From: Alphaproteobacteria bacterium
GTDB taxonomy: Bacteria; Pseudomonadota; Alphaproteobacteria; Rs-D84; SZUA-605
Length of the DNA: 50,055 nt
Direction: 5' to 3'
Assembly: GCA_003250835.1 (NCBI GenBank)
Contig: QKJL01000008.1
Location: 1 to 50,055, forward strand
Shown here: one piece after another, positions 38,162 to 46,695 of the stretch
Position numbering within the stretch: the first letter of the stretch is position 1
How the letters are laid out: the number at the start of each line of letters is the position of its first letter
Notes under the pieces: generated by a model
What the model was told of the DNA's origin: nothing
The model's input: the letters and a program-made list of their open reading frames with translations, nothing else
Databases searched by the model: none
Position numbers and translations under genes: made by a program

Positions 38162-38725
38162 TTAAACCTCTAAGATATCTTTTTCTTTTGCTTTGAGGTG
38201 TTCATCGATTTTTGCAATGAATGAGTCTGTTAATTTTTGGATATCTTCAGAATATTTTTTTTGTTCGTCTTCAGAAATTTCTTTTGATTTTTCTGCTGAT
38301 TTTAATTCTTCCATTCCTTCACGGCGTATGCCACGGATTGAGTTACGTGTTTCTTCTGCGTATTTACCTGCTACTTTTACTAATTCTTTACGACGTTCTT
38401 CGTTTAGTGGTGGTAGTGGAATGCGGATTAATGTTCCGTCCATTTGTGGGTTTAATCCCAATTCACTTTCACGGATTGCTTTTTCAACAGCATTAGCCAT
38501 TCCTTTGTCCCATACACTTACAGAGATCATACGTGGTTCAGGAGCAGATAAACTTGCCACTTGGTTAATTGGTGTCATTGATCCATATGCATTTACCATG
38601 ATAGGGTCAAGCAAATTTACAGATGCACGTCCAGTACGTAACCCACTTAATTCTTTGTGATAGTGTGCTTCTGCTTTTTCCATGCGTTCTGTTAAAGTTG
38701 ATTTAAGAGTATTGATGTTAAACAT
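38162..38725 (-). CDS. frr: Ribosome recycling factor
   Basis: The protein is 187 aa and contains LSGLRTGRASVNLLD and LGLNPQMDGTLIRIPLPPLNEERRKELVK. Confidence 0.95.
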   Translation of the reverse strand: MFNINTLKSTLTERMEKAEAHYHKELSGLRTGRASVNLLDPIMVNAYGSMTPINQVASLSAPEPRMISVSVWDKGMANAVEKAIRESELGLNPQMDGTLIRIPLPPLNEERRKELVKVAGKYAEETRNSIRGIRREGMEELKSAEKSKEISEDEQKKYSEDIQKLTDSFIAKIDEHLKAKEKDILEV

Positions 38726-38859
38726 TTTGATTTCTCCGGTTTTATATTTTTATTGCTTAAATTTATACGAAAAAAAGCTTTCAGAATCAAGGATAAAACT
38801 AAAAAAAATACGCTTTATCATTTAATTGATAAAACGTATTTTTTATTCTGTTTTTTTAT

Positions 38860-40233
38860 TTAATTTCCAGACTTAATTACTTCAATTAATTCTGCAATTG
38901 TTGGGATGTGTCCATTTGCATAAAGCGGATCGTTTTTAAATCGGAATGCCATATGTCCTGCGAACATTAGGTTGTCTTCGATTTTTCCACCATGCGCTAA
39001 ATCCCATAATGTTTTTTGAATACAGAATGAACGTGGATCTGGTTTGATTTTTAAGCCTTCATACTGTGTCCATCCAGAGAATTGACATGCAGATAAACAT
39101 CCAACGCAGTTACGACGTGCGTCTTTGATTTTGTCATTTTCTTCAGGTGATACAAATACGAATGTATTGTCCGGTGTTTTCATTGCAATTGAAAAACCAT
39201 CATTTTGATATGATACAACTTTTTCACTATCTGTTTTTGTAATGAATGCGTTTGGTGCAAATTCAATAGAGAATTCAGAATCTGTTTCTGTTTTGAATGC
39301 GATTTGACGTTCTGAGCGTGCTTCTAAATTACGTAAGAATTTATTGCGTGCTGCAGATGAGTAAAAACCAGTTGGTGAGAATTTTTGTAAGCTTACATCA
39401 CCTTCATCCAATGTTAATAATTTTTGTTTATAATCATCGCCGATTGGGCTTTCAACCGTTACCAATGGACGTGTTCCAAATTGGAATGCGACTGGACCAA
39501 TTTCTTCATTATCAATGTATTTTTTCCATTCTGATAATGCCCATACACCACCTGCGATGATAATTGGAATTGCTTTTAATCCCATTTCATTCATGAATGC
39601 ACGTAATTCAGCGATACGGTTATATGGATCTTGAGGTTCATCTGGGCTTTCTGAATTTGACAGTCCGTTATGTCCACCTGCTAACCATGGGTCTTCGTAT
39701 ACTACGCCACCTAACCATTCAGCGTGTTTTTTGTATGCACGTTTCCATAGCAATTTAAATGCACGTGATGATGATACGATTGGGTTATAATACACTTTGA
39801 ATTTTGCTGCAATTTCAGATAAATTGAAAGGCATTCCAGCGCCACATGTGATCCCGTGGATCATTCCTTTTGCACGTGATAATACGCCTTCGAGTACGTC
39901 TTGTGATGCGCCCATTTCCCAAAGTACATTCATAAAGATACGGCCTTCACCATTTGATTCTTTGTGTGCGATTTCTGCTTGTGCTACGCCACCTGCAATT
40001 GCGTATTGTACCATTTCTTTTTGACGTTCAGCCCATGAAGTTGCTTTGAATTCACGTTTTACTGGGTTTCCATTTTCGTCATAGCTGTCAGGGTTTACGC
40101 CAGAGAATGTTCCACATGCTCCTTCTGCTGCAAATTTTCCAGCAGTTAATCCTGTTGTAATGCTGATTCCTTTACCACCTTCGATAATTGGCCATACCTC
40201 TTTACCAGCTAACATAATTTTTTTTAAGTTCAT
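38860..40233 (-). CDS. Nitronate monooxygenase / NPD-family FMN oxidoreductase (long form, 457 aa)
   Basis: It has TIM-barrel NPD-like blocks: PIIEGGKGI, GITCGAGMP, GGHNG and IIAGGV. Confidence 0.65.
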   Translation of the reverse strand: MNLKKIMLAGKEVWPIIEGGKGISITTGLTAGKFAAEGACGTFSGVNPDSYDENGNPVKREFKATSWAERQKEMVQYAIAGGVAQAEIAHKESNGEGRIFMNVLWEMGASQDVLEGVLSRAKGMIHGITCGAGMPFNLSEIAAKFKVYYNPIVSSSRAFKLLWKRAYKKHAEWLGGVVYEDPWLAGGHNGLSNSESPDEPQDPYNRIAELRAFMNEMGLKAIPIIIAGGVWALSEWKKYIDNEEIGPVAFQFGTRPLVTVESPIGDDYKQKLLTLDEGDVSLQKFSPTGFYSSAARNKFLRNLEARSERQIAFKTETDSEFSIEFAPNAFITKTDSEKVVSYQNDGFSIAMKTPDNTFVFVSPEENDKIKDARRNCVGCLSACQFSGWTQYEGLKIKPDPRSFCIQKTLWDLAHGGKIEDNLMFAGHMAFRFKNDPLYANGHIPTIAELIEVIKSGN

Positions 40234-40382
40234 TATATTCCTTACTTTTTGTTTTGCCTATACTATATAGTGCGAATCCACCGTTTGCAAACTTTTTATT
40301 AATTATTTTAAAATTTTGGAGAGGCTTGATTATCCTTTCTTTTTTGTATACGCTTTTTTTATTCGTTTAAATTAAGGAGTTT

Positions 40383-40841
40383 ATGATGGCTGATCGTTAT
40401 CCTCGTCTTGGGACAGGCGTTGTTATTTTAAATAAACACGGACAAATTTTATTTGGAAAGCGTTTAAATCAACCTTTAGGTTGGAGTATTCCTGGTGGTC
40501 ATGTTGAATTTGGTGAAAATTTAATTGATTGTGCCAAGCGAGAAGTTATGGAAGAGGTTGGTATTGAAATTGAAAATGTAGAGCCATTAACTTTTGGTGA
40601 GAATTTATTATTAGATCAAGATTATCATTCTGTTTCAATTTTTCTTTTTTCTACGATTAAAGATGGTGAAATTATTGGAAATCCTGAACCTCATAAATGT
40701 GGTGGTTGGGAGTGGTTCGATATTACAGATATTCCTTCTTCTTTATCTTTTAATTACGATCCTTTGTTAAATGAAGAAGGATTGAAAATTTTATCTGATT
40801 ATAAGAAAAAATATTTAGATTTAAAAAAAAAGCCGCATTAA
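40383..40841 (+). CDS. Nudix hydrolase
   Basis: The Nudix box GGHVEFGENLIDCAKREVMEEVGIE is present. Confidence 0.85.
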   Translation: MMADRYPRLGTGVVILNKHGQILFGKRLNQPLGWSIPGGHVEFGENLIDCAKREVMEEVGIEIENVEPLTFGENLLLDQDYHSVSIFLFSTIKDGEIIGNPEPHKCGGWEWFDITDIPSSLSFNYDPLLNEEGLKILSDYKKKYLDLKKKPH

Positions 40842-40853
40842 GCGGCTTTTTTT
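40823..40853. terminator. Bidirectional terminator overlapping the Nudix stop codon
   Basis: The sequence is aaaaaaaaAGCCGCattaaGCGGCTttttttt. The TAA stop sits in the loop. Confidence 0.8.
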
Positions 40854-41781
40854 ATGCACAACAATTAATGATTGTTGGTGTAATTTGTTTTTTACGGCTC
40901 ATAATTCCCGGTAAAAAATCAGATACATTATTTTCAATTTTACAATTTAGATTTTGTGCAATTTTTTCTTCTGCAACAGAATCAATAATTAGAATTGATC
41001 CTTCTTTTTCAATGTCTGTTACCATGAGGGCAGCAGTGTGTAGATTATTTTTTTCTTTTAATTTTTTTACTTCTGCAACTAGTTCATCTTTTTTATCTTT
41101 GATTAAATCAATACTCATGATTTCTAAGTGACCAATACTAAAGCGGCACTTTTCTTTGGTTTCAAAGTTTTTAAGATCTTTATTTAATAGTTCAATAGCT
41201 GGTAAATTTATATTTGCTTTGATTGTAAACATTTCCATTCCGAATTCTTTTACGTTTTCAATGTTTGCAATTTTACTTAATTCTTCTACTGCTTTTATAT
41301 CAGCATCTGTTGTTGTTGGTGATTTAAAAATCATGGTATCACTTAAAATTGTTGCCATTAAAATTCCTGCAATATTTTTTGGAATTTCAATTTTATATGC
41401 ATCATACATTTCTTTGATAATTGTTGCGCAACATCCAACAGGACGTACCCACATTTCAAGTGGTTCTGATGTGAAGATTTGTCCTAAGTGATGGTGATCT
41501 ACTACAAGTTTGATTTTTGCTTCTGCAATATCATTTGGTAATTGTTCAGTATCTGTTGTATCTACTAGGAATAATATTTGATCTTTTACTGATGTGATGA
41601 TTTCTGGTGCTTCGAATCCAAATTTATCAAGTGCCCATGCAGTGTCTTTAGTTGGTTTTCCTTGTGCGCATGCTTTGCATTTAAATCCACGTTGTGTCAT
41701 TAAATTTTGTAGTGCTATTGCTGATAAAATACTGTCAGCGTCCGGATTCATATGTCCGAGTACGAGGGCTTCCATTGCCAT
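40852..41781 (-). CDS. ppaC: Family II (DHH/DHHA2, Mn-dependent) inorganic pyrophosphatase
   Basis: It contains GHMNPDADS, FLVDT and VVDHHH, the DHH motifs. Its length of 309 aa and its C-terminal domain are typical of PpaC. Confidence 0.8.
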   Translation of the reverse strand: MAMEALVLGHMNPDADSILSAIALQNLMTQRGFKCKACAQGKPTKDTAWALDKFGFEAPEIITSVKDQILFLVDTTDTEQLPNDIAEAKIKLVVDHHHLGQIFTSEPLEMWVRPVGCCATIIKEMYDAYKIEIPKNIAGILMATILSDTMIFKSPTTTDADIKAVEELSKIANIENVKEFGMEMFTIKANINLPAIELLNKDLKNFETKEKCRFSIGHLEIMSIDLIKDKKDELVAEVKKLKEKNNLHTAALMVTDIEKEGSILIIDSVAEEKIAQNLNCKIENNVSDFLPGIMSRKKQITPTIINCCA

Positions 41782-41798
41782 TACCTTTCTGTTTTCAC

Positions 41799-42007
41799 GA
41801 ATCGTTTTTTATCGTGTATTTTGTTATCTCATTTTTTTGAAGCCTTATTATTTATCAATTTATATTTTTTAAATCAAGCTTTTTGTGTATTCGAATCGTT
41901 TATTTTTCTGAGATAAATGTTTTTCAAGTATTTAAATGATTCGATGGATTTCGAATTGAATCGGGAAACTCCTTGCAGAATCATTTTATTTGAGCTAGAA
42001 TCGAGTC
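41799..42007. promoter_or_regulatory. Cluster of seven GANTC (CcrM-type methylation) motifs in the ppaC-hppA divergent intergenic region
   Basis: The sites were read directly. GAATC occurs at 41799, 41893, 41958, 41978 and 41998. GATTC occurs at 41938. GAGTC occurs at 42003. Confidence 0.45.
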
Positions 42008-42048
42008 TAGTTTTTCGATTTTATAACTTTAAGAGCAAGGAGAAAATA

Positions 42049-44112
42049 ATGTTACATATAGTCGAAGCACTTTCTCATAACACTATCGGTCAGATGGCAG
42101 TTATGGTGGGAGTGATTGGTCTGGTAATTGCGTTGGCTGTTTATACGCGTATTACCTTCTTTTCAACTGGTACTGCTAAAATGAAAGAAATTTCAGATAA
42201 AATTCATTCAGGTGCAATGGCTTTCTTAAAAGCTGAATATGCACGTGTTTTTGTTTTTGTATTAATTGTGGCTGGATTACTTCATTATGGACTTGGTCAA
42301 GATTATGCAATTTCTTTTGGTTTTGGTGCTGTTTGTTCTGCGTTAGCAGGATTTATTGGTATGAAAGCTGCGACAAAAGGAAATGTTCGTACGACTGCTG
42401 CTGCTAAAGATCATGGAAAAGCTGCGGCTTTGCGTGTTTCTTTCTTAAGTGGTGGTGTGATGGGACTTTCTGTTGCATCTTTAGGATTGCTCGGCCTTGG
42501 TATTCTTTACGGATGTTATGGACAAAGTGTTGAAACTGTTCATGTTATTCTTGGTTTCTCAATGGGAGCTTCTTCTATTGCGTTGTTTAGTCGTGTTGGT
42601 GGTGGTATTTATACAAAAGCTGCTGACGTTGGAGCTGATTTGGTTGGTAAAGTGGAAGCTGGTATTCCAGAAGATGATCCACGTAATCCAGGTGTGATTG
42701 CTGATAATGTTGGTGACAATGTTGGTGACGTTGCTGGTATGGGTGCTGATATTTTTGAATCAAATGTTGGTGCTATTATTGCTGCGATTACTTTGGCTGC
42801 GACTATGAGTATTGATACAATTGCACAATACTTTGGTTCTTCAGATCAACGTTTAGTTTTGATGGGATTACCTCTTGCTTTATCTATGGTTGGATTTGCT
42901 GCATCTGTTATTGGTGTATTGGGAATGAAATGGTTTTCTAAATTGAAACCAGTAAAAGCTTTGGAAGTTTCTGATATTCTTACTTATGTTCTTTTCATTG
43001 GTGGTTCAGCTTGTTTGATTTCATCATTGAATTTAGGATGGAACCCATTCTATGCACTTCTTTCAGGAAGTTTGGCAGGATGGTTAATTGGTAAAGTAAC
43101 ATTCTATTACACTTCATCAAAACCTGTTTATAAAATTGCGCATGCTTCAAAAACTGGTCCTGCAACAAATGTGATTGCTGGGTTGGCTGTTGGTATGGAA
43201 TCAGCTGCTATTCCTCTTCTTTTGATTGCTGCTGCTATTTTTGCATCATTTAATTTTGGTGGTTTATATGGTATTGCGTTGGCTGCCGTTGGAATGCTTT
43301 CAACAGTAGGTCAAACAATGACTGTGGATGCTTGTGGTCCTGTTGCTGATAATGCTGGTGGGATTGCTGAAATGGCTGCGTTGCCTAAAAAAGTTCGTGA
43401 CGTAACTGATGAGTTAGATGCTCTTGGTAATACAACTGCTGCGACTGGAAAAGGTTTTGCGATTGGTTCAGCTGCGTTGACTGCTTTGTCATTATTTGTG
43501 GCATATCGTCAAGCAATTGAATATACAATTGGTACAAACTTTGTAATTGATGTGACTAATCCTGAAGTAATCATTGGATTATTCCTTGGTGCGATGGGTG
43601 TTATGTTGGCGGCTGCGATGACTATGAATTCTGTTGGTAAAGCAGCAGGAGCTATGGTTGCTGAAATTCGTCGTCAATTTAAAGAAATCAAAGGTCTTTT
43701 AAAAGGCGAAAAAGGTGTTGAACCAGATACAGAACGTTGTGTTGCAATTTCAACAAAAGCCGCTTTGAATGAAATGATTTTACCAGGATTAATTGCTATC
43801 TTCTTGCCAGTAGCTGTTGGATATGGTTTAGGAGCTGCTGCTCTTGGTGGATTGTTAGCTGGATCATTGGTAACAGGTGTTGTTCTTGCGTTGTTTATGG
43901 CTAATGCTGGTGGCGCATGGGATAATGCTAAGAAATTTATCGAAGCAGGTCACATAAAAGGTGAAAAGAAAGGGTCTCATTCTCATTCTGCTGCCGTAAT
44001 TGGTGATACTGTTGGTGATCCATTTAAGGATACAACAGGTCCTGCGATGAATATTTTAGTAAAAGTGATGGCGATTGTATCGTTGATGATCGTTCCACTT
44101 ATTACAAAATAA
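42049..44112 (+). CDS. hppA: Membrane-integral ion-translocating pyrophosphatase, K+-dependent-type signature
   Basis: The ATG at 42049 follows aaggag. It contains [20 protein letters not shown]. It has [10 protein letters not shown], with Ala rather than Lys at the dimorphic position. There are about 16 TM segments. Confidence 0.95.
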   Translation: MLHIVEALSHNTIGQMAVMVGVIGLVIALAVYTRITFFSTGTAKMKEISDKIHSGAMAFLKAEYARVFVFVLIVAGLLHYGLGQDYAISFGFGAVCSALAGFIGMKAATKGNVRTTAAAKDHGKAAALRVSFLSGGVMGLSVASLGLLGLGILYGCYGQSVETVHVILGFSMGASSIALFSRVGGGIYTKAADVGADLVGKVEAGIPEDDPRNPGVIADNVGDNVGDVAGMGADIFESNVGAIIAAITLAATMSIDTIAQYFGSSDQRLVLMGLPLALSMVGFAASVIGVLGMKWFSKLKPVKALEVSDILTYVLFIGGSACLISSLNLGWNPFYALLSGSLAGWLIGKVTFYYTSSKPVYKIAHASKTGPATNVIAGLAVGMESAAIPLLLIAAAIFASFNFGGLYGIALAAVGMLSTVGQTMTVDACGPVADNAGGIAEMAALPKKVRDVTDELDALGNTTAATGKGFAIGSAALTALSLFVAYRQAIEYTIGTNFVIDVTNPEVIIGLFLGAMGVMLAAAMTMNSVGKAAGAMVAEIRRQFKEIKGLLKGEKGVEPDTERCVAISTKAALNEMILPGLIAIFLPVAVGYGLGAAALGGLLAGSLVTGVVLALFMANAGGAWDNAKKFIEAGHIKGEKKGSHSHSAAVIGDTVGDPFKDTTGPAMNILVKVMAIVSLMIVPLITK

Positions 44113-44129
44113 TTGATTTGATCTTTGAA

Positions 44130-44157
44130 AGCCCTGCTTGTTGCGGGGCTTTTTTTA
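44130..44157 (+). terminator. Rho-independent terminator after hppA
   Basis: AGCCCTGC-ttgtt-GCGGGGCT forms the hairpin, followed by ttttttt. Confidence 0.8.
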
Positions 44158-44192
44158 TGGTATAATTTTTCTATACCTGTAAGGAGGGAAAT

Positions 44193-44741
44193 ATGAAGTT
44201 TCGATTATTATATGTTGGTGAAGTGAAAATTAATCCACGTAAGCGTGCGTCACATGTACATGATATTCGTATGGCATTGAGTCAGCAATTACAAAACTTA
44301 TTGGATATTCCTCCGTATTCGAAGATTAAAAATTTTATTCATGCGCCTGATCAAAATGGTTCTGTTAAAAATATATTGCGTAAAGTGGATGGGATTGAAT
44401 TTGTGCCTGTTATTTCATCAGAGCTTGATTTATTGGCGGAATTAGAAATTCAAATTTTACATCCTGAATTATTAGGGACAGCGCGTGCGGATATTGATAA
44501 TCGTACAAAAACATTACTTGATGCTCTACGTCGTCCACAGGATGCTCATGAAGTGCCAGAAGGGGTTCATCGTGGGGGACGTGTTTATACGTTACTTGAT
44601 GATGATCATTTGGTAACACGACTTACCGTTAATACATCACACTGGTTGGATGCGACAAATCCTAATGATTTATTTTTGATGATTACGGTTAATATTCGTG
44701 CGTCGAAAGGAACACAAGATAATATTGATTTTGTTCTTTAA
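44193..44741 (+). CDS. RusA-like endodeoxyribonuclease homolog, enlarged variant (182 aa)
   Basis: The core ADIDNRTKTLLDAL matches the RusA catalytic block RDLDNLQKAAFDAL with the same spacing (DxDNxxKxxxDAL). The later LLDDDHLV matches WLDDAQV. It has extra N-terminal and internal segments. Confidence 0.55.
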   Translation: MKFRLLYVGEVKINPRKRASHVHDIRMALSQQLQNLLDIPPYSKIKNFIHAPDQNGSVKNILRKVDGIEFVPVISSELDLLAELEIQILHPELLGTARADIDNRTKTLLDALRRPQDAHEVPEGVHRGGRVYTLLDDDHLVTRLTVNTSHWLDATNPNDLFLMITVNIRASKGTQDNIDFVL

Positions 44742-44787
44742 AGTTTCTTGACTCTGTTTCAAACTTACGTAAAATACATCTCAACTT

Positions 44788-44862
44788 GCCGCCATAGTAT
44801 AATGGTTATTACAGGGCATTGGTAATGCTCAGAAGGAAGTTCAATTCTACCTGGCGGCACCA
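44788..44862 (+). tRNA. tRNA-Thr (anticodon GGU), CCA encoded
   Basis: The acceptor stem is GCCGCCA/TGGCGGC. The anticodon arm is GGGCA-TTGGTAA-TGCTC. The T arm is GGAAG-TTCAATT-CTACC, with one A-A mismatch. Confidence 0.85.
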
Positions 44863-44960
44863 TTTTTTAATATATTGGCATTAAAAAAACATTTTAAATC
44901 TTAAATTCTAATTTAAAACATTTCTCGACATTTTTTTATTTGTGTTCTATACTGCCAATT

Positions 44961-45443
44961 ATGCAAAATGATATTAAAGAAATTTTTTCAGAAATTCAAA
45001 AATCGGGGCAACGCTTGTTGGCGATTGATTTTGGTCTTAAACGTATTGGATTGGCTCATTCAGATTATGATTTTAAAATTGGGTTGCCATTAGAGGTGAT
45101 TGAAAATTCTGGTGCTCAGCAAACGTTTAAACGTTTACAACAAGTGATTGAAGAATATTCAATTGGTGGGATTGTGATTGGTTTACCAACACGTACATCA
45201 GGTGAAGAACATACGCTTACTTTTTTAGTTAAGAATTTTAAAGAAAAATTAGAAGAGGTTATTCATCTTCCGATTGTGATGTGGGATGAACGTTTTTCTT
45301 CCTTGGTGATGGAACGTCAATTAATTGAAGTTGCTGATATGTCACGTGCGAAACGTAAAAAGGTTTTAGATAAATTGGCCGCTGGTTATTTTCTTCAAGG
45401 GGCGCTTGATTATTATCAAATGTTATTAAAAAAAGGAGAGTAA
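44961..45443 (+). CDS. ruvX: Putative pre-16S rRNA nuclease / Holliday junction resolvase-like YqgF
   Basis: It contains LLAIDFGLKRIGLA...GIVIGLP. I prefer the ATG at 44961 over the TTG at 44940. Confidence 0.85.
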   Translation: MQNDIKEIFSEIQKSGQRLLAIDFGLKRIGLAHSDYDFKIGLPLEVIENSGAQQTFKRLQQVIEEYSIGGIVIGLPTRTSGEEHTLTFLVKNFKEKLEEVIHLPIVMWDERFSSLVMERQLIEVADMSRAKRKKVLDKLAAGYFLQGALDYYQMLLKKGE

Positions 45444-45459
45444 AAACTCTCCTTTTTTT
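45435..45459 (+). terminator. Rho-independent terminator overlapping the ruvX stop
   Basis: GGAGAG-taaaaa-CTCTCC forms the hairpin, followed by ttttttt. Confidence 0.75.
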
Positions 45460-45476
45460 ATTTGTTTTTTTTGATC

Positions 45477-46565
45477 TTACCAAGATGCCCAACGACCATC
45501 TTTGATTAATCCTGGATTAATTCCATTTTCACGAAGCTTTGCTGCCATTGCAGATGCTTCTTCTTTTGTTTTGAAAGGTCCAAAGTGGATTTTGAAGTAT
45601 CCATCTTTTTCAACAATTGAAGATGCGCCTAGTGATGAAATTTGATTTTGCATTACTGTTGCATTTTCCATAGAGTTGAACGCACCTGCTTGTACTTTGA
45701 ATGCGCCTGTTGCCATTACTGCAGGAGCAGGAGCTGGTGTAGGAGTTGGTTCAAATACTGGTTCTGGTTCAATTACTGGTGCAGGAGTTGGTTCTGGAAT
45801 TGTTGTTGCGGCTACTAATGGAGCTGCTGGTGCAATTGGTTCAACTACTGGTTCTGCTGCTGGTACGATTGGTGTTGGTACAGCGTTTGCAGTTGGGTTG
45901 CTTGCAATTGCCAATTCTTTGATTTGACGGCTTTCTTCTGGTAATACTTCCATGCGCACACGTGTTGTACCTTTGTCTTTAAAGCCTAATTCAGCTGCAG
46001 CCACTTCAGATACGTCTATTAAACGATCTTTTGTAAATGGTCCACGGTCATTTACACGTACAACTACTGATTTATTGTTTTCCAAATTTGTTACACGTAC
46101 AACACTTGGTAGAGGCATTGTTTTATGTGCTGCTGTGTATAGGTTTGGATTAAAGATTTCTCCGTTAGCTGTTTTTTGGCCTTCGAATTCAGTTCCGTAC
46201 CATGATGCTGTTCCTTCTTCTGAATATGTGTAGTTTTCAGAAGGTGTGTATGTTTCGCCATCTACGTTATATGCGTTTCCAATTTTGTATACGCCAACTG
46301 GTGGTGCCATTACGCTAGCATGCATTGGTGTTTGTGTTTCAGCAGCTGGTGCAGCTTCTTCTGCTACTGTTGCTGTTTCACCGAATGTATCAGTTTCTGT
46401 TACTGTTTCTGTTGTTGATGTTGTTTCACCGAATGTATCAGTTGCTTCTGTTCCTGTTTCCATCACAGGTTCTTCCATCATTGGATCGTTGATTGATTCA
46501 ATTGGTTCCGGCGCACAGCCTGCCATAAAGAATCCGAGTGCTATAATAGATAGTGTTTTTTTCAT
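45477..46565 (-). CDS. rlpA: Septal ring lytic transglycosylase RlpA family lipoprotein (DPBB + SPOR)
   Basis: The start MKKTLSIIALGFFMAGC (lipobox) follows aaggagg. The DPBB block reads GTASWYG..F.G.KTANGE...AAHKTMPLPSVVRVTNLENNKSVVVRVNDRGPF. A Pro/Ala-rich linker leads to a C-terminal SPOR-like domain. Confidence 0.88.
   Translation of the reverse strand: MKKTLSIIALGFFMAGCAPEPIESINDPMMEEPVMETGTEATDTFGETTSTTETVTETDTFGETATVAEEAAPAAETQTPMHASVMAPPVGVYKIGNAYNVDGETYTPSENYTYSEEGTASWYGTEFEGQKTANGEIFNPNLYTAAHKTMPLPSVVRVTNLENNKSVVVRVNDRGPFTKDRLIDVSEVAAAELGFKDKGTTRVRMEVLPEESRQIKELAIASNPTANAVPTPIVPAAEPVVEPIAPAAPLVAATTIPEPTPAPVIEPEPVFEPTPTPAPAPAVMATGAFKVQAGAFNSMENATVMQNQISSLGASSIVEKDGYFKIHFGPFKTKEEASAMAAKLRENGINPGLIKDGRWASW
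46375..46443. repeat. Perfect 21-nt direct repeat inside rlpA
   Basis: GTTTCACCGAATGTATCAGTT occurs at 46375-46395 and again at 46423-46443. It encodes TDTFGET twice in the acidic Thr/Glu-rich linker. Confidence 0.85.
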
Positions 46566-46695
46566 AATGTATGCCTCCTTAAAAAACAATGTGTTTTAGC
46601 AATTTTCTCTCATGTTGTTTTATTATACGTTAAACTTTTCAAAAATACAATAAAAAATAGTTGTTTCCCTTAGTTTTACTCTGTATAAAAAAGGT

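Noticed and set aside
38193-38660. 155-aa and 91-aa plus-strand ORFs.
   Set aside because: They are antisense shadows inside frr. The frr identification is unambiguous.
41917-42048. A 44-codon N-terminal extension of the hppA ORF in the ORF track.
   Set aside because: The extension has no SD, whereas the ATG at 42049 follows aaggag and begins the first TM helix. The extension covers the GANTC-rich regulatory region.
45676-46599. Three plus-strand ORFs (83, 93 and 117 aa) rich in Gly/Ala/Val/Ser.
   Set aside because: They are antisense to the Pro/Ala/Thr-rich linker and DPBB domain of rlpA. Their composition simply mirrors the rlpA low-complexity region.
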